64,000 bases of DNA. Source: Candidatus Spongiisociaceae bacterium. Its GTDB lineage: Bacteria; Actinomycetota; Acidimicrobiia; Spongiisociales; Spongiisociaceae. The notes under the pieces are model-generated. The model made no database searches, had not been told where the DNA came from, and saw only the letters and a program-made list of their open reading frames with translations. Within the stretch, counting starts at the first letter, position 1, and each line of letters starts with the position of its first letter. This document shows, one piece after another, positions 20,720-32,060 of this stretch. The translations under genes were made by a program, and so were the position numbers. Location: contig OZ253564.1 of assembly GCA_965262915.1 (NCBI GenBank), positions 576,001 through 640,000 of the forward strand. The letters run 5' to 3'.

Positions 20720-22504
20720 ATGTTGATCTGCTACCTAGATGATCTGTTCCAAGGTTTTAGTGGTCATATGCGATCAGGGAGCGGGCCGGGCCGGGCCGTT
20801 GGGTGGTTTGGTTGTGCCAGATGACGGCGGTGAGGGCGAGTATGCGCTGTAGTACGCGTACGGCAACACCGGTTCGGGTGCGTCCTCCGTGGCGTTGGAG
20901 CCCGAGTTGGTCTTTGAGGGTGTCGTAGACCGATTCGATGGTTTGACGGAACGCTTTGAGGAGCTGTTTGCCCGCCCGTGGTGTTTCTGTTTGGTGGCGG
21001 GTCGGATGAGGCTGATCCCAGCCGTCTTGAGGTCTTCCTCAAAGGGGCCGCTCTTGTATCCCTTGTCCGCCATGAGCGTCTGGCCTTGGCGGGCTATTTG
21101 GGCGTGGGCCAACATGTGCAAGCAGATGTCGCGTTCGTCGGCTTTGGCGCCGGCGAGAGCGAACGTGATTGGTAAACCGGACGGTGTGGCGACGAGATGG
21201 AGACGCAGTCCCCAAAAGTAGCGGGAATGCGACGCGCAGTAGCCGTATTCGGCCCATCCTCCCAGGTCAGGGCGCTGGGCGGTCTGGCGGCTGCGGCCGC
21301 ATTCGACCGGGGTGGAATCCACTAGCCACAGATCGTCCCACCAACTCGGGGAGTCTCTGGCCAGCCACCGGATCACATGTTGGAGAAGCCCGGCGCTGCG
21401 GCGCAGCCGCTTGTTGTAGGCCGCCCGGGTGGGCAGATAGGGGAACCAGGGTCCCAGATGGGCGTGGGCGTAGCGCAGGAAACGGGCTTCGGTATCGAAT
21501 CTGAGCAGCACCCCGATCACCGCTAGGGTGACCAACTCGGCGTCGGACAGCTTGGGAGCGATCCCCACCGCGGGACGCTGGGGCGCCCATTCGGGGTGCT
21601 GGATCAACAGATCATCGACTGTCACGTATAGTGTGGTAGCGAGGGTGTCCAGGTCCGGGCCCATACCGGGTCCTTTCGGATCGGGGAAGGTTTGATACCC
21701 TGGATCTTGGACCCCTCAAGCCCCGAAACGGTGGATTTCGCCCCCGCACCCCTTGGAACTATTCATCTAGACGAATCGGGTAACACCGGTCGCCGACTCG
21801 ACGACCGCGGCCAGCCGTTCTATTTGATCGCCGCGGTGATGGTACGTGAAGACCGGGTACGTGAGATGACCGTCCGGCTCGACGAACTCGCCGCCCGGAC
21901 ACCGACGCGCGAAACACTTGTCGAGTACCATGGCTTTGAACTCTTCCATGGTTCGGGAGAATGGGAAGGGGTCTCCCCGCACCGACGAATCCGTGAGTAC
22001 GCCAAGGCCTTGTCCGTATTGTCGAAGGTGAATGCCGACGTCTTCCATGCATCAATCGACAAGCGGAAACTAGCTCGTAGGTATCGGGAGCCACCTCCTC
22101 CCCACCTGTTTGCCCTCCAGTTCCTCGCCGAGAAGCTCGAGCGATGGATCCGGGGTCAAGCGGACAGCCTGAGTCGCCGGGCTCTCCTAGTGGCAGACGA
22201 GAATCGCGAACACGAACAGTACTCCTTCGATCTGATACGGAGTATGCAGGAATCGGGGGGGCCGATTGGCACGGGTCTGGGAATAAATATCCCGCTTGGT
22301 CACATCATCGACAACATCTATTTCACTCCCTCGGAACGGAGCCGAGGAATCCAGCTAGCTGATCTGGTCGCGTTTGTGCTCAACCGCCACCAGAGGAACA
22401 AGTGCCGGCCGAGTAAGGATGTACGATCTGATGGCGCTGTGAGGGACTTGGTGGATGGTCAGGTCCAGCCGGCTGTCCGCGGATATCGAGTGCTCTGGCC
22501 ATAG
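20720..22504 (+). pseudogene. DUF3800-family (RNase H-like) gene interrupted after codon 6 by the IS982 element; body 21770-22504 intact
   Basis: Removing the IS restores ATG TTG ATC TGC TAC CTA GAC GAA TCG GGT (MLICYLDESG); LVADE and GIQLADLVA motifs present. Confidence 0.85.
20736..21769 (-). mobile_element. IS982-family element, copy 1 (transposase 20774-21664, frameshifted near 20990)
   Basis: IRs TAGATGATCTGTTCCAAGG / TAGATGAATAGTTCCAAGG; CTAG at both junctions; LVDSTPVECG, YCASHSRYFWG, ADKGY; C-terminus out of frame relative to copy 2. Confidence 0.9.
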
Positions 22505-22523
22505 AAGGTACCGTAGACAGCGA

Positions 22524-22550
22524 CCGAGGCCCGCAACTCGCGGGCCTCGG
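22524..22550. other. Perfect 11-bp hairpin downstream of DUF3800 (terminator or part of an ncRNA)
   Basis: CCGAGGCCCGC-AACTC-GCGGGCCTCGG; no U-tract on either strand. Confidence 0.5.
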
Positions 22551-22768
22551 CGAGGGGTGGACCGATGCGCCTCAGTGACCCGAAACGACTTACGGCCTCA
22601 GAGGTATTCTAACCCGTCGCCGTGACAAAGTCTCTAGATTGACGGGGTGTGCTCACGAACGTTGCGCTCCCGGGGGCTAGGGAAAGGCAAAGCAGCTTAG
22701 GCCGACGGCCCTTTCTGCCCTCTGGGGTGAGCCGAGACAGGACCCAGTCCATCACTAGCCGCGGGGGA

Positions 22769-23983
22769 TCAAAGGAGACCCTGTTGCCGTAGGTGATCGA
22801 GTCGGGAAGCTTGCAAGCCGAGCACCTCGTTGAGGACGGACTCGGTGTCGACGCCCAGCAGCGGCGCCGGGCGGGGGGCGGTCCGGGCTACCGACGAGAA
22901 GGCCATGGGCGTTCCCGGCACGGGGTAACGACCGATCCCCGGCTGGTCCACGTAGGACCACATCGGGTTGACGCCGGGCTGCACCCTGGGGTCTCCCTCC
23001 ACCAGTTCCCTCACCGTGCGGTACGGACCCCAGCAGATCCGGTACCGGTCGAGGACGCGGCTCACCTCGGCGGTGGTGTGCCGGCAGAACCATTCCTCCA
23101 GGATCGTGGCGATCCGCTCCCGGGCGGCGAACCGGTCCCCCTCGTCCGACAGGTCCACCCCCAGTTCGCCCTCCAGCCGGGCCATGGCGCCGGCGGTGCC
23201 GGTGGCCTCCACGAGGGAAGACCAGTGGCGGGGTGTGAGAGCGATGATCATGACCCGGCCGCCGTCGGAGGTGACGAAGTCCTTGCCGAAGGTGCCGTAT
23301 ACGTAGTTGCCATGGCGGCCGCGGTCCTCGTCGTTGATGACAACCTCCGCCACCTGCCCGAGGTGGCCGAGGGTGGCGAAGCCCACATCCGCCAGGGAGA
23401 GCTCGACCAGGCTGCCCTCGCCCGTCCGGGAACGGCGCCGCTCGGCGGCCAGCACCGCGGTGACCACCATGCCTCCCGCCACGAGGTCCCAGGCCGGGAG
23501 GACGTGGTTGACGGGCTCGCCGCCGACCCCGGTGATCCCGGGGTAGCCGGCGGCCGCGTTGACCGTGTAGTCGACCGCGATCGAGCCGTCCGGATTGCCC
23601 TTGAGGGCCACCATTATCAGATCGGGCCGGTCCTGCCGGAGATCCTCGTAGCGAAGCCAGCGCGGGGAGAGGTTGGTGATCAGGATGCCGGCGTCGTCGC
23701 CGGGTGCGGTGATGAGGCGGCGGACCAGCCGCCGACCCTCCTCCCGTCTGAGATCGAGGGTCACCGAACGTTTCCCCTTGTTCAGGCCCGCCCAGTAGAG
23801 ACCGGCGCCCCCGGCGGTGATGGGACGCCGCCGGTAGTCCAGGCCGCCCCCGGGCGGGTCCACCCTGATGACCTCCGCGCCCAGCTGCGCCAGGGTCATG
23901 CCTGCCAGCGGTACCGCGACGAACGCGGACAACTCCACGACCCGGAGACCGTCCAGAAGGCCCGCCGTTGTGCCTGACTCCAT
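22769..23983 (-). CDS. Family III CoA transferase, mesaconyl-CoA C1-C4 transferase (Mct)-like
   Basis: VVELSAFVAVP, GGGLDYRR, YWAGLNKGKRS, VDYTVNA, PVNHVLPAWD, HGNYVYGTFGKDF. Confidence 0.85.
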   Translation of the reverse strand: MESGTTAGLLDGLRVVELSAFVAVPLAGMTLAQLGAEVIRVDPPGGGLDYRRRPITAGGAGLYWAGLNKGKRSVTLDLRREEGRRLVRRLITAPGDDAGILITNLSPRWLRYEDLRQDRPDLIMVALKGNPDGSIAVDYTVNAAAGYPGITGVGGEPVNHVLPAWDLVAGGMVVTAVLAAERRRSRTGEGSLVELSLADVGFATLGHLGQVAEVVINDEDRGRHGNYVYGTFGKDFVTSDGGRVMIIALTPRHWSSLVEATGTAGAMARLEGELGVDLSDEGDRFAARERIATILEEWFCRHTTAEVSRVLDRYRICWGPYRTVRELVEGDPRVQPGVNPMWSYVDQPGIGRYPVPGTPMAFSSVARTAPRPAPLLGVDTESVLNEVLGLQASRLDHLRQQGLL

Positions 23984-24035
23984 CCCGGCATCCTACGATT
24001 AGCCGGCGCGATTACCGAACTGCCAAGGAGGATCC

Positions 24036-24404
24036 ATGCAGGAAGTCATAGGGGAAGGAACATACGACCCGGCCGACTACGAGGCCGAGTTGGCCGCCGC
24101 CCCGACCAACCACCAGGTGGGAACCAAGCTCGTCTTCGAGAACGACCGGGTGGGGGTATGGGAGATCAGACTCCAGCCCGGTGAGAGGGGCGCCTTCCAC
24201 ATCCACGACAGGCCGTACTTCTGGACGGTGGTGGACGCGGGGATCGGCCGGCAGCGCTCGGACGACGGTACCTATGCCGTGCGCCGCTACGAGGTGGGGG
24301 ACACCAGCTTCGGGAACCACTCCCGCGACGACTACATGATCCACGACTTCGAGAACTACGGCGACACCCAGATACGCTTCATCACCGTCGAGCTCTACGG
24401 TTGA
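24036..24404 (+). CDS. Cupin-domain protein
   Basis: VGTKLVFENDRV.VW...L.PGE...FH.H, IHDFENYG...IRF.TVE; AAGGAGG RBS. Confidence 0.85.
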   Translation: MQEVIGEGTYDPADYEAELAAAPTNHQVGTKLVFENDRVGVWEIRLQPGERGAFHIHDRPYFWTVVDAGIGRQRSDDGTYAVRRYEVGDTSFGNHSRDDYMIHDFENYGDTQIRFITVELYG

Positions 24405-24408
24405 GCCT

Positions 24409-26010
24409 GTGGCCCGCCCGCTGATGGCGGGCTTCGTATCCGGAGCGGACCTCCTCGCCGGGGCGGCCATGTCCAGGCTGGCCTCGGCGGGGGCCGACCT
24501 GATGTTCGGCGTTCCCGGAGGCGGTCCCAACATCGGCATGATCCGGAGGGGCGCCGATGCCGGCATACGGTTCGTCCTGACCCACGGGGAGACCGCCGCC
24601 TGCATCGCGGCCGGCGCCTACGGCAAGCTGACCGGATCGCCGGGCGTGGCGGGGGTGACGCGGGGGCCCGGAGTCACCTCGGCTGCCAACGGTATGGCCC
24701 AGGCCACACTCGACCGGTTCCCCCTGATCCTGCTGAGCGACGCGGTTCCGGCCGCGGAGCGGGGCTGGGCGGCCCACCAGCGGCTGGATCAGCAGCGGAT
24801 GATGGCGCCGCTCACCAAGTGGACCGGCGCCCTCGGGTCCGCGGAGCCGTCCCGGGTGATCGAACGGGCCGCCCGGCTGGCTGTGACCGCCCCGGCCGGA
24901 TCCGTCCACCTGGACTTCGATCCCACCGCTCCTGGCGACCTGCCTCCCGATCCCCCGCCTCCCACCGTCCTCGATCGCCGAGCCCTGGGGTCGGCCCGGG
25001 GGTTGGCTGCCGGGGCGCGCCGGCCGGTGTTCCTGGTGGGGGCAGAGGCCATTCCCCAAGCCCGGAAGGTGCGCTCGGTGGTCGAGAACCTGGGCGTCCC
25101 GGCCCTGGTGACCTACCAGGCGAAAGGGGTCGTCCCCGACACCTCGCCCAGCTACGGGGGCCTGTTCACCAACTCCATGTCCGAGCGGCAGTTGATCGAG
25201 CAGGCCGATCTCATCGTCGCGGTGGAGCTCGATCCGGTGGAGCCCCTGGCCCGTCCCTGGCCCTACACGACTCCGGTGCTGGCCCTGAACAGCCGGCCGC
25301 TCACCGATTCCTATTACCCGGTGGCCGTCGAGGTGATCGGTCCCGTCGATGCCGCCCTCGACGCCCTCGCGGAGTCGTTCTCGGCCACGTGGCCCGCCGG
25401 CGCCGGGCCCGACGCCAACGCCCTGGTCCTCGAGGCGCTCCGCGCCGAACGCCCGGGATTCTCGCCATTCGATCTCATGGAGGCGGTCGCCGATGCCGGC
25501 CCCGACGACCCGATCGTGACGGTCGACGCGGGCGCCCATTTCCTGGTCGTCATGCCCTACTGGCCGGTGAGCCGCCCCCTCGACCTGCTGATCTCGAACG
25601 GGCTCGCCACCATGGGGTTCGCCCTCCCGGCCGCCATCGGAGCCGCCCTGGCCCGGCCGGGGAGACCGGTGCTCTGCCTGACCGGTGACGGCGGGCTGGG
25701 AATGACCATGGCCGAACTGGAGACGCTGGCCAGGCTGGATCTCGACATCACCGTCGTGGTCTTCAACGACTCGACGCTCAGCCTCATCGACATCAAGCAG
25801 GGCTCCCCGAGCGCCGAGGGCGTGAACCCGGTCTGCTACGGGACCACCGACTTCGCCGCGGCCGCCCGGTCGATGGGGGTGCCGGGTCATGTGGCCGGGG
25901 GACCCGATGATGTCCGCAGGGCGCTGGCTGCCGGACGCGGCCCCCGGGTGATCGACGCCCGCATAAACCCCGAGGTCTACACCCACGTGATAGATACCGC
26001 CCGCGGTTGA
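24409..26010 (+). CDS. Thiamine-diphosphate-binding enzyme (acetolactate synthase-like)
   Basis: FGVPGGG, HGET, TRGPG, GSVHLD, GDGG...VFND. Confidence 0.9.
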   Translation: MARPLMAGFVSGADLLAGAAMSRLASAGADLMFGVPGGGPNIGMIRRGADAGIRFVLTHGETAACIAAGAYGKLTGSPGVAGVTRGPGVTSAANGMAQATLDRFPLILLSDAVPAAERGWAAHQRLDQQRMMAPLTKWTGALGSAEPSRVIERAARLAVTAPAGSVHLDFDPTAPGDLPPDPPPPTVLDRRALGSARGLAAGARRPVFLVGAEAIPQARKVRSVVENLGVPALVTYQAKGVVPDTSPSYGGLFTNSMSERQLIEQADLIVAVELDPVEPLARPWPYTTPVLALNSRPLTDSYYPVAVEVIGPVDAALDALAESFSATWPAGAGPDANALVLEALRAERPGFSPFDLMEAVADAGPDDPIVTVDAGAHFLVVMPYWPVSRPLDLLISNGLATMGFALPAAIGAALARPGRPVLCLTGDGGLGMTMAELETLARLDLDITVVVFNDSTLSLIDIKQGSPSAEGVNPVCYGTTDFAAAARSMGVPGHVAGGPDDVRRALAAGRGPRVIDARINPEVYTHVIDTARG

Positions 26011-26089
26011 GATCCGCCGGCCCGATGGCCTGGGCGCGGGGCGGTGGGAGTACGATCCGAGCGAACCGACCGACCAGGAGGTGCTACCA

Positions 26090-26611
26090 ATGGGAATCAG
26101 GCTCTATGAGTTTCTGGACGTATCCGGCGGGCTACAAGCAGGCCAGTTCGGTATCGGAGGTCGCAGGGAGATCGACAGCCTCAACGACTTGAACCCGATC
26201 TACAAGCAGCTCTTGGACGAGCGGGTGACGGCGGTGATGAGCGTCATAGCGGCCGACGGCCGGCCGAGCCTCACCGCGATGTGGTTCGACTACGAGGACG
26301 ACAAGGTGTTGGTCAATGTTGCCTCGCAGCGCAAGAAGACAGCCTGGATCAGGGCTAATCCCGAAGTCTCCCTGATCCTGATCAACCCGAAGAATCCGTA
26401 CCACTGGGTGTCGATGAAGGTGACAGCGGACCGGGAGATCTCCGAGGACGATCCAGGCGAGGGTGCCCGCGTCACCGCCCAGCTGGACGGGATCTGGACG
26501 AAGTACACGGGTGCGGAGCCGCCCTATGGCCTGAGAGATCCGTCCATCGACGAACGCCGGGTCCTGTTCGAGTGCCGGGTGGACAAGGTCTCGACCTTCG
26601 GGCAGCCCTGA
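26090..26611 (+). CDS. Pyridoxamine 5'-phosphate oxidase-like (PPOX, possibly F420-binding) protein
   Basis: DGRPSLTAMWF, R.K...IR.NP.VSL...P.NPY, ERRV; AGGAGG RBS. Confidence 0.82.
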   Translation: MGIRLYEFLDVSGGLQAGQFGIGGRREIDSLNDLNPIYKQLLDERVTAVMSVIAADGRPSLTAMWFDYEDDKVLVNVASQRKKTAWIRANPEVSLILINPKNPYHWVSMKVTADREISEDDPGEGARVTAQLDGIWTKYTGAEPPYGLRDPSIDERRVLFECRVDKVSTFGQP

Positions 26612-26648
26612 CAGAGGGCGCCGGCCGGCCCCCTCCCCGGGCGGCGCC

Positions 26649-27851
26649 GTGAGCGCGATGCCCAAGGTGGCCGTGGTGGGCGGATCGGTGGGCGGTCTCA
26701 CCGCGGCGCTGGTGCTGGCAGACCTCGGCTGCGACGTGGACGTGTACGAACGGTCCACGGCGGAGCTGGAGGCGCGCGGGGCCGGCATAGTCTTGCACCC
26801 GGTGACGGTCCGGTACTTCGAGGAGCACCGTCCGCTGGAGGTGGCCAGGGTGATGGTCCGTCTGCCCTGGCTCCGTTTCCTGGATCGCGTCGGCGCCACC
26901 CGCTACGAGGAGCGGAGGAACTACCGGTTCAGCTCCTGGAACACCATCTACCGGAACCTACTGGCCCATTTCGATCGTGACCGGTACCACCTCGGCTTCG
27001 AGATGACCGGTCTGGATCAGGACGCCGACCGGGCCACGGTCCACTTCGCCGATGGCGGCAAGGCCTCCGCCGACCTGGTGGTATGCGCCGACGGGGTCTC
27101 GTCGCTGGCAAGGGCCATACTCCAACCCCACATCGAGCCCCGCTACGCCGGGTACGTGGCGTGGCGAGGCACGATACCGGAGTCGGAGCTGTCGTCCTCC
27201 ACCGCTCAGCGGCTTGGCGATGCGATCACCTACCACCTCAGCGACGAGGGCCACATCCTCGTCTACCCCATCCCGGGCCTCGACGGCGAACTGGAACCGG
27301 GCCGCCGGGTGCAGGGCTTCGTCTGGTACCACAACTACGCCGACGGGATCGAGCTGGAGGATCTTCTGACCGACCGGACCGGGATCCGGCGCGAGGCTTC
27401 GGTTCCTCCCGGTCTGATGCGCGAGGAGTACGTGGCGTGGACCAAGGAGTACGCCGAAGCCCGCTTCCCCCCGGTGGTGACCGAAGTGGTGTCCAGGATC
27501 GCCAACCCGTTCGTCCAGGTCGTATTCGACGTGGCGGTGGATCGTATGGCCTTCGGACGGATCTGCCTGATCGGGGACGGCGCGATCTCGGTACGTCCCC
27601 ACGCCGGAGCCGGAACCGCCAAGGCCTGCGCCGATGCGTGGGCGCTGGGAGACGCGCTGAGGGATACGGAAGGGAACGTGGTCGCGGGCCTGGCTGCTTG
27701 GGAGCCGGGCCAGCTGGAGCTCGGCCATGCCCTGCTGGAGCGGGCCCGCTGGATCGGAGACGGCAGCCAGTTCCGCCACGACTGGACACCGGGCGACCCC
27801 CGCCTTCGTTTCGGTCTGTACGAAGCGGGCGATGCGGCCTTCCCCGAGTGA
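26649..27851 (+). CDS. FAD-dependent monooxygenase (2,6-dihydroxypyridine 3-hydroxylase-like)
   Basis: VVGGSVGGL, GAGIV, CADG, YAGYVAWRG, IGDGA...RPH.GAGTAKA..DA. Confidence 0.88.
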   Translation: MSAMPKVAVVGGSVGGLTAALVLADLGCDVDVYERSTAELEARGAGIVLHPVTVRYFEEHRPLEVARVMVRLPWLRFLDRVGATRYEERRNYRFSSWNTIYRNLLAHFDRDRYHLGFEMTGLDQDADRATVHFADGGKASADLVVCADGVSSLARAILQPHIEPRYAGYVAWRGTIPESELSSSTAQRLGDAITYHLSDEGHILVYPIPGLDGELEPGRRVQGFVWYHNYADGIELEDLLTDRTGIRREASVPPGLMREEYVAWTKEYAEARFPPVVTEVVSRIANPFVQVVFDVAVDRMAFGRICLIGDGAISVRPHAGAGTAKACADAWALGDALRDTEGNVVAGLAAWEPGQLELGHALLERARWIGDGSQFRHDWTPGDPRLRFGLYEAGDAAFPE

Positions 27852-28204
27852 CCGCGCCGGCGCCCGCCGACTGCCGGCCGGTGGCCCCACCCGCCAGATC
27901 GCGAGAAACGCGGTACGGCGCCCCCCTGCGGGGCCCGGCCCCCACCTCCACCACTCCGTACCGGATCACGGGCGACGCCGCGGGCTTGCCGCCGGCCGGA
28001 GCTTCTCGGCTGCCCGTAGCGGTCGCCCCCGTCGGGTGCAGGTCCTATCCGGACCGCTCCCTCCGGGGGGTGACCCCAAGATGATCGCCGCTTCCGGAAC
28101 CGCGGCGATGTTTGCGTTTTCGGTACTCCCAACTATGCCGCATGGGTGTGACATCGACAACCCCCTTGCCGCGCGCCTGGTGGATCTGCCGGTCCGGGAA
28201 GCCT

Positions 28205-29221
28205 ATGGATCCTGAAGTGCGGGCCGCGGCGCTGATATCCCATCGGGGACCCTTCGCCATGCAGGGGAAGGAGGCGTCCATGGGCCTGGAACTGTGGGCA
28301 CGCCTGGACGGTGCGGATCTGGAGCTGGTGGACGACCCGGCGCCTGCCTCGGTCACCGAGACCTACCACCGCTGGCTGCGGGACGATCGGATCCACGTGG
28401 TGCTCGGATCCTACGGGAGCGGCCTTGTGCGCCGGACGCTACCCGCGGTGGACGGGGCGGGGAAGGTGCTCTGGAACCATGGGGGCTCGGCCGACGACCT
28501 CACCCGTCCGGGGGTGGTGCAGGTCGTGGCGCCGGCGTCCGGTTACCTGGTGGGAGCGGTCAGGCTGTGCGCCCGCCTCGGTATCCCCCGCCTGGCCATA
28601 GTGACGGGGCGGGGACCCTTCGCCGCCTTCGTGGCCAGGGGCGCCCGTGACGAGGCCCGGCGGCTGGGTATCGAGGCCCGGATCGTGGCCGGTACGGACC
28701 GGCTCCCTGCGGTCGACGCGGCGGGGGCGGTGCTGGTCACCGCCGGGTTCCAGGAGGATGCGGCGGTAGTGGAGAGGATCCGGGCGGGCACGATCCGACC
28801 CGCCCTGCTGGGGTGCGTGGCTGCCGGGGTCCCGCAGTTCGCCGAGCGCCTGGGCCGGCACGCGGAGGGCGTTGTCGGCCCTACCCAGTGGACTCCCGCA
28901 ACGTCCGCTCCCGAGGTGGGGCCCTCCGGGGAGCGCTTCGGCCACCTCTACGAAGAGGCCTACGGGCGGCGTCCCGGATACGTGGCGGCCCAGGCAGCGG
29001 CTGCCGGGTTCCTGGGGGCCCGCGCCCACCGGCTCGGCATGGGGTACGACGGCATGCTCGCTTGGCGTTCCTCCACCCTGCTGGGCGGGTTCGCCCTCGA
29101 CGAACGGTGGCGGCAGGTCGGGTACGACGTCTCTACCATCCGCTGGCGCGGCGGCCGTATGGTGCTGGTCCCGACCGACCCCGGCCCCGGTGGCGGAGAG
29201 CACGCCCAGACAGGGGGGTAG
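28205..29221 (+). CDS. Branched-chain amino acid ABC substrate-binding-like protein, no evident signal peptide
   Basis: GPFAMQG.E...G..LW, LGSYGSG, LWNHGGS, EGVVGP.QW, F...Y...YG..P.Y.AAQ. Confidence 0.75.
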   Translation: MDPEVRAAALISHRGPFAMQGKEASMGLELWARLDGADLELVDDPAPASVTETYHRWLRDDRIHVVLGSYGSGLVRRTLPAVDGAGKVLWNHGGSADDLTRPGVVQVVAPASGYLVGAVRLCARLGIPRLAIVTGRGPFAAFVARGARDEARRLGIEARIVAGTDRLPAVDAAGAVLVTAGFQEDAAVVERIRAGTIRPALLGCVAAGVPQFAERLGRHAEGVVGPTQWTPATSAPEVGPSGERFGHLYEEAYGRRPGYVAAQAAAAGFLGARAHRLGMGYDGMLAWRSSTLLGGFALDERWRQVGYDVSTIRWRGGRMVLVPTDPGPGGGEHAQTGG

Positions 29222-29270
29222 CGCCGCTGCCGATGCGGTCCGGGCCGCCGTCGGCGTCCTCGCTAGACGG

Positions 29271-29436
29271 TCACCCGGAGAGGTCGAGTCGGTAGAACGC
29301 GACCGCGTTGGCGCCGAACAGGGCCTCCTCGACTGCGGCCTCGATCCCGCCCAGCACTTCCCGCAGGGCGGCGATCACGGACCCGTACGAGGCGGCCAGG
29401 TCGGGGGGCCGCCATCATGCCCGACAGCTTGCACCA
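29271..29436 (-). repeat. Degenerate duplicate of the 3' end of the amidohydrolase gene at 30857-31699
   Basis: 29302-29400 matches 30882-30980 (2 mismatches seen); 29414-29436 matches 31098-31120. Confidence 0.9.
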
Positions 29437-29629
29437 CCTGGCCGGATCGTGGCTGGGAAGAGCACGAATGGAAGCTCCCATGGGTGGCCCTTTTGGGATT
29501 GGCGTGTCCGGGGGCCGGTCGATGCGGGTGGTTTGGGTCGTGCGCCGTCGCGGGCGAGGCGAGTCGTCGTCTTCGTATTCATGCTATTTTGGCGCGACAG
29601 TCCGTGGGCGATGTTGCAGAGGAGGCGCT

Positions 29630-30298
29630 GTGGGTGATGTGATCGCCCTGTTGGATCGCGATGTGTACGGCATGGGCCAGGTGGATCGTCTGTTGGGCCT
29701 CTCCCGTGGTACTGCATATCGTTGGATCGATGGGTACGAGCGGCGAGGGCGGCGCTATGAGCCGTTGGTGAGGGCGGCGACCAGCGGTTCGGAGACTGTT
29801 ACATGGGGAGAGTTCGTGGAGGTACGTCTCATTTCTGAGTATCGACGCCAAGGAGTGTCGGTCTTCCGTATGCGCCCGGCGATCATGGCGCTTCGCGACG
29901 AGTTCAGCACGGACTATCCACTGGCCGCTGCACAACCGTTCTTGAGCGCTGAGGGCCGTGAATTGGTCCTGCGAGTGCAGCAGGAAACGAACTTGCGGCC
30001 TTCGCTTCGTTTCGTGGTTCGTAGTGGGCAGACCGTTCTGCCGTCCCTTGAGGTTTACCGTTTTCAGCAGGCCGCGGACTACGACGATGACATGGTGCGC
30101 CGGTTCCGTATCGCGGATAACGTTGTGATCGATCCCGAGTACGCGTCGGGCGAGCCGACTATCACGGGGCGCCGCCTGCGGGTAGCTACTGTTGCCGAGT
30201 CCATCGCAGCGGGTGAACAGCGAGAGGCTGTCGCGGAGATGTGGGATATCACACCCCAAGCCGTAGATGACGCTGTGCGCTGCTCCAACGTTGCATGA
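29630..30298 (+). CDS. HTH + DUF433 antitoxin (VapB45-like)
   Basis: VDRLLGL..GT..RWIDGY, VTWGEFVE, VIDP...SGEP.I.GRR; GAGGAGG RBS. Confidence 0.85.
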   Translation: MGDVIALLDRDVYGMGQVDRLLGLSRGTAYRWIDGYERRGRRYEPLVRAATSGSETVTWGEFVEVRLISEYRRQGVSVFRMRPAIMALRDEFSTDYPLAAAQPFLSAEGRELVLRVQQETNLRPSLRFVVRSGQTVLPSLEVYRFQQAADYDDDMVRRFRIADNVVIDPEYASGEPTITGRRLRVATVAESIAAGEQREAVAEMWDITPQAVDDAVRCSNVA

Positions 30299-30698
30299 GA
30301 TCAGGGGGTGTTTTCGCTGATGAGAACATCCTTCCGGTTGGGAGGAAGCTAGCGGAGCTACATGAAGTAGGAACCGTTCTCTATCCGGGGCACGAAGATA
30401 TCGCAGAACTGCCGCTGGGCGCGAAAGACACCGAAATATTCGGGGAGATCGGCGCGGACCGAAGAACCTGCTGTTTATCACCCGTGACAAGAAGATCAGA
30501 ACGCGGCCGATAGAGCGCGAGAAACTCCGTGATGCGAAAGTTCGAGCTGTCATCCTCACGGGACGGTCGAATATGACACAGGACGACATCGGCCATCTCA
30601 TCCTCGAGTTTTGGGATGAGATGGCCGAATTGGATGCTTCACGAAGCGGGCCATGCATCTTCTCCCTCACGACGCAAGGGCTTCGGGAGTTGTCCTAG
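30295..30698 (+). pseudogene. PIN-like (VapC45-like) toxin, frameshifted near 30460
   Basis: VFADEN...GAKDTE, then in a shifted frame LLFITRDKKIRTRPIE...GPCIFSLT..GLREL*. Confidence 0.8.
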
Positions 30699-30856
30699 TT
30701 CCGCTCAAACCACAAGACCGACTCGCGCCTAGTCCTGCAACCACGGATACGGAACCGCTTCGGCGTCTGAACCCAGGCGTCGGATAGATCAGGACACTGG
30801 TGTGCCGAGTCGGAAGGTCGTTCCAGATACCCGGGGGACACCAAAGACCTGGAACA

Positions 30857-31699
<843 letters not shown>

Positions 31700-31919
31700 T
31701 CGCGACCTCCCCGACGGTGCCTCCCCAGGCTACCCACCCGCCTGGCAAGGCAGCCGCCGAGAGCCCGGACCCACCCGCCCCGAGGTCCGGGTGTCCGTAA
31801 CCGATCCGCCATTGGGGTGCTGGACCGCGCTCACGGGGAAAAGCCGTCTCCGCGTTTGCGATCCGGCTCGGGTTTTCTCCTCCCGCCCCTACACTGTGGT
31901 TCGACAACCGATCGAGAGT

Positions 31920-32060
31920 CGTTCAAGCGCCTGGCCCCGGTCCCCGCCGGGGTGACGAGGAAGAGGGAGTATCGAAATACTCGGCGGATACCCTCTCGGC
32001 CGTCCACGGTCGTGACGGTGCGGGTCAAAAGCCCCGGGCAACCGGGGTGACAGAGCCCGG
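31920..32060 (+). ncRNA. glmS ribozyme (GlcN6P-activated self-cleaving riboswitch)
   Basis: Core A|GCGCC (31926-31931), P1 CCCCGG/CCGGGG, GACGAGG, GTATCGAA..TCGGCGGATAC with P2 AGAGGG/CCCTCT, P3, and P4 with a GCAA tetraloop; lies 5' of glmS; TACACT -10 at 31890. Confidence 0.93.
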
